In this document: piece after piece, positions 6,996-14,802 of the stretch
How the letters are laid out: the number at the start of each line of letters is the position of its first letter
Numbering within the stretch: position 1 is the stretch's first letter
Assembly (NCBI GenBank): GCA_043819795.1
Contig: JBDREN010000150.1
Span: 1-14,949, forward strand
Length of the DNA: 14,949 bases
Source: Elusimicrobiota bacterium
GTDB taxonomy: Bacteria > Elusimicrobiota > Elusimicrobia > UBA1565
Reading direction: 5' to 3'
Made by a program: the position numbers and the translations under genes
The notes under the pieces: model-generated
Database searches by the model: none
Seen by the model: the letters and a program-made list of their open reading frames with translations, nothing else
Told to the model about the DNA's origin: nothing

Positions 6996-7739
6996 ATGCC
7001 CGACCGCCTCGCGAAAAGAACCGCAGCCCTGCTGATCGCCGCCGCGCTCATGCCGGCGCCCCGGCACGCCGCCGCCGACATCACCGCGCCCTCCGGCCTG
7101 CGCGTGGACATCTCGCAAGCCCAGGTGATGGAGCTCGCCTGCTCGCGCAGGCGCTTCTCGATGGAGTTCACCAAATCGAACGCGGGCTGGTTCCCCTACA
7201 TGACGCGGAAGACCTTTCACAGCGGCATCGACCCGCAGGGGCTCGTCATGGGCATCGTCAGCACGATCCTGCTGGTGCCGATCACGGTCCTGTCCGTCCC
7301 GACCGACCTGGTGGCAGCGCCCTTCCGGCGGGAGTGCACCTTCAAGCTGCGGATGTCGGGCGCTCTCGTGGGCTGGGCGGGTACCGACGCTCCCGACGTT
7401 CCGGTCGGGGCCGAAGCCCGTAATCTGATAAGCAAAGGCGTGCCGGAAGTATCGGCCCCCGCCCATTTCAGTTCGAGCGCCGAGACCGTGTCCGACGACA
7501 CCAGCCGGTTCAGCATCGAGCTCGGGGGCTATGTCGGCAAGAGCAAGGACGTGAACATCTCCTGGACCGTAAAAGGGCAGCCGGCCTCCCAGATGCAGCT
7601 TTCCCAGAAGGGCGACCACTTCATCCTCCACGAGCTGGACCCGGGCTTCGGCGTCGGCATCCACGAGATGGAGCCGATGACCATCATCCCGACAAAGGGG
7701 CGGCCCGATCCAGCGGCCGAGCCCGCGCCCGAGAAATAA
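6996..7739 (+). CDS. Exported hypothetical protein with an internal hydrophobic segment
   Basis: Signal-like MPDRLAKRTAALLIAAALMPAPRHAAA and hydrophobic LVMGIVSTILLVPITVLSVP. The ORF-track start (6621) overlaps the upstream gene, so ATG 6996 is used. Confidence 0.7.
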   Translation: MPDRLAKRTAALLIAAALMPAPRHAAADITAPSGLRVDISQAQVMELACSRRRFSMEFTKSNAGWFPYMTRKTFHSGIDPQGLVMGIVSTILLVPITVLSVPTDLVAAPFRRECTFKLRMSGALVGWAGTDAPDVPVGAEARNLISKGVPEVSAPAHFSSSAETVSDDTSRFSIELGGYVGKSKDVNISWTVKGQPASQMQLSQKGDHFILHELDPGFGVGIHEMEPMTIIPTKGRPDPAAEPAPEK

Positions 7740-7751
7740 AGCCCCCGCGCC

Positions 7752-7770
7752 CGCCGCCGGTCCGGCGGCG
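7752..7770 (+). terminator. GC-rich hairpin downstream of the hypothetical gene, possible terminator
   Basis: CGCCGCCGG-T-CCGGCGGCG begins 13 bp after the stop codon. No U-tract. Confidence 0.35.
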
Positions 7771-7858
7771 AGGCGGCCGTCCCCTCCCCCCGGCGTTGTG
7801 ACCAAAGTATCGTTGCCCCGCGACTCCGGCGGGGTTATACATTTAATAGGGGGGAAAC

Positions 7859-8833
7859 GTGACGAAAAGCCTCCGGACCGCTCGAACGGCCGCGGCGGTG
7901 CTCCTGGCGTCGCTGTGGACATCGGCCGCGAGCGCCTTCGCCGAGACCCTGCACGTCCCGGCCGATTACGCGACCATCCAGACCGCGATCGACGCGGCCC
8001 GGCAGCACGATACGGTACTCGTGGCGCCGGGCACCTACACGGAGAGCATCACGCTCAAGCCGGACGTCGCGGTGCGAGGGTCGGGCGCGCAGCGGACGAC
8101 CATCCGGAGCGACGGGACCCTGCGCGACTACTGGAAGAGGACCTGCGCCGTCATCGGGGCGAACGGCGGCGCCATCTCCGGATTCACCATCACGGGCGGC
8201 GAGACCGCGGTCTACATGTGGGGCCACTCGCCCGTCATCACCCGCAACGTGATCGAGGGAAGCGTGGCCGGGATCGCCATGCTGTTCGCCGCCCCCACGA
8301 TCGCCGACAACATCATCACCGGCGCCCAGGCCCGGGGCATCTACGGCTGGCAATCCCCCGCCAAGATCGTCAATAACGTCATCACCGGGAGCGCCGCGGG
8401 CATCGCCAACGCGCGCTCCGCGCCGGCCATCGCCAACAACATCATCGCCGGCAACGCGATCGGCATCCTCAACGAGGACTCCTCGCCGATCATAGGCTTC
8501 AACGACCTCTGGGACAACGAGACCAACATCGACGACCGCGACTCGTCCTTCCCTAAGCTGGGCGCCAACATCTTCGAGGACCCGCTCTTCGAGAACCCCG
8601 CCAAGGGCGACTACCGCCTGCGCACGGGCTCTCCCTGCATCGACGCCGGCACCAACGGCGCGCCGGGCATACAGAAGCTCGACTTCGACGGCTACGCCAG
8701 GGTCTTCGACGGCGACGGGGACTTCACGGCCAAGGCGGACATGGGAGCCTTCGAGCGTTTCGGGGAAGCGTCTCCTTCCTTCGGGGACCTCCTGCCCGGT
8801 TTCCGTGAGGGAGAAAAGAACGGCTGGCGATAG
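7859..8833 (+). CDS. Secreted right-handed beta-helix protein, paralog of 3441-4994
   Basis: GTG start after AGGGGGGAAAC. Signal peptide ending ASAFA, VPADYATIQTAIDAA..DTVLVAPGTY cap, NNII coils and DPLF...GDYRL..GSPCIDAG...DMGAFE. Confidence 0.85.
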   Translation: MTKSLRTARTAAAVLLASLWTSAASAFAETLHVPADYATIQTAIDAARQHDTVLVAPGTYTESITLKPDVAVRGSGAQRTTIRSDGTLRDYWKRTCAVIGANGGAISGFTITGGETAVYMWGHSPVITRNVIEGSVAGIAMLFAAPTIADNIITGAQARGIYGWQSPAKIVNNVITGSAAGIANARSAPAIANNIIAGNAIGILNEDSSPIIGFNDLWDNETNIDDRDSSFPKLGANIFEDPLFENPAKGDYRLRTGSPCIDAGTNGAPGIQKLDFDGYARVFDGDGDFTAKADMGAFERFGEASPSFGDLLPGFREGEKNGWR

Positions 8834-8866
8834 CGGCCGGCAACGCCAGCCCGGAGAGCTCCATCC

Positions 8867-10447
8867 CTACGCCGGCTCGGGGACCGCGGCGAGCGCCGCG
8901 GCGAACTCCCTGCCCGAGTGGAACCGCTGCCCGGGATCGGCCTGCAGGGCGCGGCGGACGACCGCGTCGGTCTGTCTCGGCAGGCCCGGCGTGGTCTTCG
9001 TGGGAGGGGCGTAGAGCCCCCGCTGCTTCTGGGCCAGGAAGTTGGGGCCGCCATACGGGATCTTGCCGGTGAGCATCTCGTAGAGGCACACGCCCAAAGC
9101 GAAGATGTCCGACTCGCGGCAGACCTCGCCCAGCTCCTGCTCCGGGGCCATGTAGGCGGGCGTGCCCCAGGCCTGGGTGCGGGTGATCCTGGCCACCGTC
9201 ATCTTCGCCCGGTGGGCGACGCCGAAATCCATGACCTTCACGACGCCCTCGGGCGTGATCATGATGTTCGAGGGCTTGAGGTCCCGGTGGATGACCTTGC
9301 ACCCGTGCGCGTAGTCGAGCGCCGCGCAGGCCTGCACGATGAGCGACTTCGTTGACCGGAGCGACACCCGCCGCCCCCCCGCGAGGAGCTCGCCCAGGGT
9401 CTTGCCCCGCACGTGCTCGAAGACCAGGAACACCTGCCCGGCCTCGCGCAGGATGGAGTAGATCTCCACCAGGTTGCCGTGCTTGAGCGACGCGACCAGG
9501 CGGGCCTCCCGCATGAACTGCTCCAGATCGTCCTTGGAGCGGGTGAGCTCGTCGAGCATCCGCTTGATGGCGACCTTGCGGCGCAGCGACAGGTCGGTGG
9601 CCTCGTACACCACGCCCATGCCGCCCCGGCCGAGCTCTTTTTCGATGCGGAAATTCTCGCCCAGCACGGAGCCGGGCGTGAGCGCGGGGCCCGGCCCGGG
9701 CAGGGCCGGAGCCGCCCGTCCGGGCAGCGCTCCCGGGGCGGACCCGGCGTACACGAGCTCCGCGGTCCGGGCGCGGCGGCGCCACGTCAAGTAGCCCAGC
9801 GGCGCGACCACCACGACGCTCAGCGCGACGCCCCCCACCGCGAGCAAACGCAGCCGCGCCGCGCGCTCCTCCACGGCCAGCCTACGCAGCCGCGCCGCCT
9901 CGGCCGACTGGACGGCGCGCTTGTAGGCGGCGTCCTCCGTCATCATCCGCGCGAAAGCTTCGTGGCGAAACTTCCGGAAGCTCCTCTCCATATCCAAGGC
10001 GCCCTTCGCGGCGGCGAACCTCCTTCCCACGTTTCTCGGAAGCCGCTTCTTGGCCATGAACTGGAGCACCCCTGATCTGATCTCGGCGGCCTCGGCTTCG
10101 CTGCGCACGCGGTTGAAGTCGTCGAGCGTCGTGGCGTAGCTGGTGAACCGGGGCATGATCTCATCCAAGAGCTCCTTGCGCAGCGCGCTGTCCGGCGGAG
10201 CGCCGGGCGCGCGCTCGTACTCCTCCCGGAGCGCGTCCAGCCGGTCCAGAAGGGGAGCCGTCTCGTCTCTGATCCGCTCGAGCTCTTGGGCGATCTCCCT
10301 CAGCGGCCCTCCGAGCGCGGCGGCTCTGGGCTCGGGGGCGTCGGACGGGGCTTCGTCCGCGGCGACGGGGCCGGCCGCGAAAAGCAGGAAGGCCGCGAGG
10401 ACTAGTCCTCGCGGGATCGGCTGTATGCAGGCCGGGCCGTCGGTCAT
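8867..10447 (-). CDS. Hanks-type Ser/Thr protein kinase with signal peptide, helical extracytoplasmic region, one TM helix and a C-terminal kinase domain
   Basis: Kinase motifs LGRGGMGVVY, VAIK, HRDLKPSN, DFG, GTPAYMAPE and SDIFALG. N-terminal LVLAAFLLFAAGPVAA. TM segment LLAVGGVALSVVVVAPLGYLTW followed by RRRAR. Confidence 0.92.
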   Translation of the reverse strand: MTDGPACIQPIPRGLVLAAFLLFAAGPVAADEAPSDAPEPRAAALGGPLREIAQELERIRDETAPLLDRLDALREEYERAPGAPPDSALRKELLDEIMPRFTSYATTLDDFNRVRSEAEAAEIRSGVLQFMAKKRLPRNVGRRFAAAKGALDMERSFRKFRHEAFARMMTEDAAYKRAVQSAEAARLRRLAVEERAARLRLLAVGGVALSVVVVAPLGYLTWRRRARTAELVYAGSAPGALPGRAAPALPGPGPALTPGSVLGENFRIEKELGRGGMGVVYEATDLSLRRKVAIKRMLDELTRSKDDLEQFMREARLVASLKHGNLVEIYSILREAGQVFLVFEHVRGKTLGELLAGGRRVSLRSTKSLIVQACAALDYAHGCKVIHRDLKPSNIMITPEGVVKVMDFGVAHRAKMTVARITRTQAWGTPAYMAPEQELGEVCRESDIFALGVCLYEMLTGKIPYGGPNFLAQKQRGLYAPPTKTTPGLPRQTDAVVRRALQADPGQRFHSGREFAAALAAVPEPA

Positions 10448-10613
10448 AGGCGTCCGGAAGCGGCTCCGTCCCTCGACGGAGCGACAGGCTATTATAGCGC
10501 ATAGGGAGGCCGGCGCGCGTCCGCGGACCTCCGACCGGACGGGTCGGGAACCTTTTGCCGCCTCCCGTGTCCAACCATCAGCCCCTCAAGATGTGATGAC
10601 GCACGGAGGCCTC

Positions 10614-13082
10614 ATGAAGACGCGGAGCGGACTCAGGACGGCGGCGCTGGGAGCGCTGGCGGGCATGGTCGGGCTGGGCGCTCTCCCGGCGTCGGCGCAG
10701 CAGCTGATCGCCTGGCCCACGGCGAGCCCGGGCCAGCTGCGGGCGCTGCTGCCGGGACACCCCATCATGCCGATGCCGCCGCGGCCGCTTCCGCCCGGCC
10801 CGATCCCGAGGCCCGTGCCCGCGCCGCCTCCGCGCCCGGTCCCACGGCCCGTGCCGCCCAGGCCCGAGCCCATGCCCGCGCCGAGGCCCGTACCCGCGCC
10901 GACACCGGCCCCCACGACGCCGGAGGCCCCTCCCTCGGACTCGAGGCCGCTCCGGCTCTCGGGCTACCGGGTCGAGGGGAAAGTCACCGGCCGCGTGGCC
11001 GAGCTCGGCTTCGAGATCACCTTCCATAATCCCACCGGATCGAGGCTGGAGGGAGTGCTGGTGATGCCGATCCCGGCGGACACGGTCCTGAGCGGCTTCA
11101 AGATGACGGCCGGCGGGAAGACCATGAAAGGGGAGCTCCTGGGGGCGGAGCAGGCGGCCACGATCTACCAGAACATCGTCAGGCAGATGCGCGACCCGGG
11201 GCTCTTGGAGCTCGTGGGAGAGCGCATGATCCGGGCTCGGGTCTTCCCGATCGAGCCCCGCTCCGACATAGTCGTGCGCATGGACGTGAGCCAGGTCCTC
11301 AAGAAGAGCGGGGAGCTCTACGCCCTCACGGTCCCGCTGCGCTCGGCCACCATGACGGGCAGCACGACCAAGGGGGCCTCGGTCAGCCTGACGCTGGGCG
11401 CCGAGGACCCGATCCGGACCCTTTACTCCCCCCTCCCCGGCGTGAAGATAAGCCGGGACGGCGAGAGAAACGCCGAGATCGTATACGAAGCCGACGCGGC
11501 CGCCTCCAGCGACCTGCGCCTGTTCTACTCCCTCCAGAGAGACCCCCTCGCGGCCGGGCTCCTCACCTTTAAAGAAGCGGGCGAGGACGGCACCTTCCTG
11601 CTTTCTCTGACCCCGAAAAGGAAGCCCGCGGCGGGAGACGTCCTTCCCAAGGACATCCTCTTCATCGTGGACCGCTCGGGGAGCATGGAGGAGGGCGGCA
11701 AGATGAAACAGGCCCGGGACGCGCTCTCCTACTGCGTCAGCAAGCTCGGCGCGCGGGACCGGTTCGGCATCGCGGACTTCGCCACCGGGGTAAACCTGTT
11801 CGACCGGCGCCTCGTCCCCGCCACCGAGGGGAACAAGGCCCGCGCCCTGCGCTACGTGGAGCGCATGGAGGCGGCCGGAGGGACGAACATCGGGGCCGCT
11901 CTGGAGGAGGGCCTCGCGCTCCTGCCGGAGGGCTCGGACCGGGTCTCCATCGTGTTCTTTTTGACCGACGGGCTCCCGACCGTGGGCGACAGCGACGTGG
12001 ACGCCCTCCTTCGGCGGGCTTCGGACAGCAACCGTTCCCGGCGCGCGCGCGTGTTCACCTTCGGGGTAGGGCACGACGTGAACACGCTGCTCCTCGACAA
12101 GATGGCGGAGATGAACCGCGGGGCCAGGGACTATGTCCAGCCCGGGGAGAGCATCGAGAACAAGGTCTCGGGACTCTACCAGAAGGTGGCGAAGCCCGCG
12201 CTGACGGACGTCCGCCTCGAGTGGAAGGGCGTGGAAGGCTTCGACATCTACCCGGGACCGGTCACGGACATCTTCTACGGGGCCGAGCTCACGCTCATGG
12301 GCCGCTACCGGGAGCACGGGAAGGGGACGCTGGTCGTCAGCGGCAAGGCCGCGGGCAAGGACGTGCGCCACGAGTACCCGGTCTCGTTCCCTAAAGAGTC
12401 GGACACCAACGGCTTCCTGCCCCGCCTGTGGGCGAACCTCAAGGTGACCCAGGAGCTCGACGCCATACGGCTCTCGGGAAAGGCGGATCCGGAGGTCGTC
12501 AAGGGCATCGTCAGCTTGGCCAAACGCTACGGCATCGTGACGCCCTACACCTCGTATCTCATCACCGAGGAGGGGACGCGCCTCGCCACGGCTCACGACG
12601 AGGCCATGCGCGCGGTCCGCGGGATGCGGGCGGACGCGGCCTCGAGCGGGTTCCAGGGGGGGCGGTTTCAGTTCATGCGGGCCCGGATGGCCTCCTCGAT
12701 GCTGTCGGCCAAATCGCTGGCGATGGGGCTCTCCGGCGCGGCGTCCGTCGTCGGCGAGGCGGCCCCCGCCGCCCCGGCCATGGCGCTCATGATGGGCGCG
12801 GCCGAGGAAGAGGCCCGCAAGGAGCTTAAGGACAAGGGTATGAGCGCCGTGCGGACCCGCTCCGCCGGAGGCAAGACGTTCTACCTCCGCGGCGGGGTAT
12901 GGACGGACGGGGCGCTCGACGAGGACGACGAAGCCTCCGGCGAGAAGACGCGCGCCGTGCGCTACATGAGCGAGGAATACTTCGAGCTGTTGGGCTCGGA
13001 GCCGGGCCTGGCCAAATACCTGGCTTTGGGGCCGCGGGTGAGCGTGCTCTACCGCGGCACCGCGTACAAGATCGTGCAATGA
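10614..13082 (+). CDS. Secreted VIT + vWA domain protein (inter-alpha-trypsin inhibitor heavy chain-like) with a Pro-rich N-terminal region
   Basis: GGAGG RBS (10605-10609) precedes ATG 10614. Signal peptide ending LPASA. VIT-like F.NPT...LEG...PIP..., vWA MIDAS DRSGS, GGTNI, LTDG, FGVG.DVN..LL, and a C-terminal YGIVTPYTSYL motif. Confidence 0.9.
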   Translation: MKTRSGLRTAALGALAGMVGLGALPASAQQLIAWPTASPGQLRALLPGHPIMPMPPRPLPPGPIPRPVPAPPPRPVPRPVPPRPEPMPAPRPVPAPTPAPTTPEAPPSDSRPLRLSGYRVEGKVTGRVAELGFEITFHNPTGSRLEGVLVMPIPADTVLSGFKMTAGGKTMKGELLGAEQAATIYQNIVRQMRDPGLLELVGERMIRARVFPIEPRSDIVVRMDVSQVLKKSGELYALTVPLRSATMTGSTTKGASVSLTLGAEDPIRTLYSPLPGVKISRDGERNAEIVYEADAAASSDLRLFYSLQRDPLAAGLLTFKEAGEDGTFLLSLTPKRKPAAGDVLPKDILFIVDRSGSMEEGGKMKQARDALSYCVSKLGARDRFGIADFATGVNLFDRRLVPATEGNKARALRYVERMEAAGGTNIGAALEEGLALLPEGSDRVSIVFFLTDGLPTVGDSDVDALLRRASDSNRSRRARVFTFGVGHDVNTLLLDKMAEMNRGARDYVQPGESIENKVSGLYQKVAKPALTDVRLEWKGVEGFDIYPGPVTDIFYGAELTLMGRYREHGKGTLVVSGKAAGKDVRHEYPVSFPKESDTNGFLPRLWANLKVTQELDAIRLSGKADPEVVKGIVSLAKRYGIVTPYTSYLITEEGTRLATAHDEAMRAVRGMRADAASSGFQGGRFQFMRARMASSMLSAKSLAMGLSGAASVVGEAAPAAPAMALMMGAAEEEARKELKDKGMSAVRTRSAGGKTFYLRGGVWTDGALDEDDEASGEKTRAVRYMSEEYFELLGSEPGLAKYLALGPRVSVLYRGTAYKIVQ

Positions 13083-13107
13083 CGGTTGGGTCTCTGGTGG
13101 ACCGTCA

Positions 13108-13139
13108 CGCCCCGGCCGAAAGGCCGGGGCGCTTGTTTT
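13108..13139 (+). terminator. Intrinsic terminator after the VIT-vWA gene
   Basis: 10-bp stem CGCCCCGGCC-GAAA-GGCCGGGGCG (GNRA loop) followed by CTTGTTTT. Confidence 0.75.
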
Positions 13140-13204
13140 CGGGAACTTTTCTCCGGGGCCGGTGTCCCACCCTCATGGAACTTGAAAGGAGCAAAGGGGG
13201 CGCC

Positions 13205-14350
13205 ATGAGGACGAGAGGAAACGGGGACGGGACGAAGCGGGGATTGGCCGGGATGCTCGGGCTCGCGCTTGCCGCCACGGGGGCGGCCGCGGCGGCGGCC
13301 GCCGAGGACGCGGGCGCCAAGCCGCGCGGGTCGTCGGTGGAGGTCGTCTTCGCAATCGACACGACCGGCAGCATGAGCGGGCTCATCGAGGCGGCCAAGC
13401 AGAAGGTCTGGAGCATCGCCAACGAGATCGCCAAGGGCAAGCCCGTCCCGAAGATCAAGATGGGGCTCATCGCCTACCGGGACCGCGGCGATGAATACCT
13501 CACCAAGGTATTCGACCTCTCCGCCAACCTGGACAAAATATACGAGGAGCTCCTCTCCCTCAAGGCGAACGGAGGCGGCGACGGCCCCGAGCACGTGCTC
13601 AAGGCCCTCGAGGACGCGGCCGAGCGAGTCTCCTGGGACGACGACGCGCGGACCTTCAAGGTCCTGTACCTGGTGGGCGACGCGCCCGCCCATCTCGACT
13701 ACGGCGACACGCCGAAGCTCGAGGAGCTCACCGAGCGCCTCGTGCGCAAAGGGGTGGTGGTCAACACAATCCAGTGCGGCGGCCAGCCGGACACGACCGC
13801 CCAGTGGCGCCGGATCGCCCGCCTCGCGGAAGGGAAGTACCTGCCCATCGCCCACGACGGCGGCGTGGTGACCGTCTCCACGCCCTTCGACGACCGGATC
13901 GCGGCGCTCAGCACGAAACTGGAAGGGACCATGCTCGGCTATGGTGAGAAGCGCGACGAGGCCATGGAGACCAAAGCGCTTTCAAGGCGGGTGGCCGCGG
14001 CGGCGCCCGCCTTCGCCGCGGCCGAGCGGGCCGCTTTCAAGTCCGGCGCGGGCTTCGGCGGCGAGATGGACTTGGTCGAGGCGGTCGAGGAAGGCCGGGT
14101 GGACCTCGCGCGGGTCTCCGACAAGGAGCTGCCGGACGCCTTCAGGGAGCTAAGCCCGGAAGACAGGCGGAAGAAGCTCGCAGAGGTCTCGAAGAAGCGG
14201 ACGCAGCTGCGCGGGGAGATCCGCGAGATCAACAAGAAGCGGGCCCGCTACATGAAAGAGCATTCCGGCGGCAAGGGCACGGATTCATTCGACGTCCAGC
14301 TCGTCGAGTCGCTCAAGAAGCAGGCCTCCCGCAAAGGCATCGTTTATTGA
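13205..14350 (+). CDS. Secreted vWA domain protein with a helical C-terminal region
   Basis: Purine-rich RBS region before ATG 13205. Signal peptide GLAGMLGLALAATGAAAAAAA. MIDAS-type VFAIDTTGSM, AYRD, GGGDGPE and LVGDAPAH. Confidence 0.88.
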   Translation: MRTRGNGDGTKRGLAGMLGLALAATGAAAAAAAEDAGAKPRGSSVEVVFAIDTTGSMSGLIEAAKQKVWSIANEIAKGKPVPKIKMGLIAYRDRGDEYLTKVFDLSANLDKIYEELLSLKANGGGDGPEHVLKALEDAAERVSWDDDARTFKVLYLVGDAPAHLDYGDTPKLEELTERLVRKGVVVNTIQCGGQPDTTAQWRRIARLAEGKYLPIAHDGGVVTVSTPFDDRIAALSTKLEGTMLGYGEKRDEAMETKALSRRVAAAAPAFAAAERAAFKSGAGFGGEMDLVEAVEEGRVDLARVSDKELPDAFRELSPEDRRKKLAEVSKKRTQLRGEIREINKKRARYMKEHSGGKGTDSFDVQLVESLKKQASRKGIVY

Positions 14351-14379
14351 GGCCCACGGAAGCCTCCCCCCGCATAGCC

Positions 14380-14413
14380 GCCGTCCCTTCCATCCCGGGA
14401 GGGACGGCCCTTT
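14380..14413 (+). terminator. Hairpin after the vWA gene, probable terminator
   Basis: 12-bp stem GCCGTCCCTTCC / GGGAGGGACGGC with one G-U pair and a 5-nt loop, followed by CCTTT. Confidence 0.55.
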
Positions 14414-14437
14414 AGGGTGAACGGGGGGCAACTTATG

Positions 14438-14463
14438 TATAATCGTCCCGCATATTTTGGAGG
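14438..14463 (+). promoter_or_regulatory. Consensus -10 box and RBS for the P-II-like gene
   Basis: TATAAT (14438-14443) and GGAGG (14459-14463) before ATG 14470. No clear -35 box. Confidence 0.55.
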
Positions 14464-14469
14464 CGAATA

Positions 14470-14802
14470 ATGGCTGACAACGACGAGATGGACCTCATCA
14501 CCGCGGTCGTTCGCCGCGCCAACGCGGAAGCGACCCTCGAGGCGGCCCTTAAGGCCTCCGCCCCGGGCGTCACCTACTTCGCCGGTCGCGGCTCCGGAGT
14601 GAAGGAGAACCTCGGCTACGCCGGCACGCTCATTGAGTCCGAGAAGGAGGTCTTCTTGGTGGTCACGAAGAAGGAGGAGACCGACAAGGTCCTCAAGGCC
14701 ATCGTGGAAGCCGCCAACCTCAGCCTGCCCGGCGAGGGCTTCGCTTTTGTCCAGCCGGTGACCAAGGCCGTGGGCTTCATCCCGGCCGAGAAAGACGCGT
14801 AG
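14470..14802 (+). CDS. P-II family (GlnB-like fold) signal protein, non-canonical
   Basis: 110 aa with LITAVV, APGVTYFAGRGSG, EKEV...V, AI..AA and PGEGFAFVQPV (compare canonical GDGKIFV). Confidence 0.85.
   Translation: MADNDEMDLITAVVRRANAEATLEAALKASAPGVTYFAGRGSGVKENLGYAGTLIESEKEVFLVVTKKEETDKVLKAIVEAANLSLPGEGFAFVQPVTKAVGFIPAEKDA

Noticed and set aside
10143..10613. Upstream extensions of ORF-track starts (10143, 12899, 6621, 5108, 229)
   Set aside because: They overlap neighbouring genes or promoter-like regions. The downstream starts give signal peptides at the N-terminus, mostly with a clear RBS or promoter.
10578..13079. Long antisense and alternate-frame ORFs (10578-13079, 3822-5114, 5605-6951, 8724-9785, 6930-7922 and others)
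   Set aside because: They shadow genes with clear motifs and are expected from stop-codon scarcity in high-GC coding DNA. No recognisable domains.
8867..14350. TerY-P triad or MoxR-vWA ternary conflict system
   Set aside because: No PP2C phosphatase or MoxR AAA+ ATPase is present, and both vWA proteins appear to be secreted.
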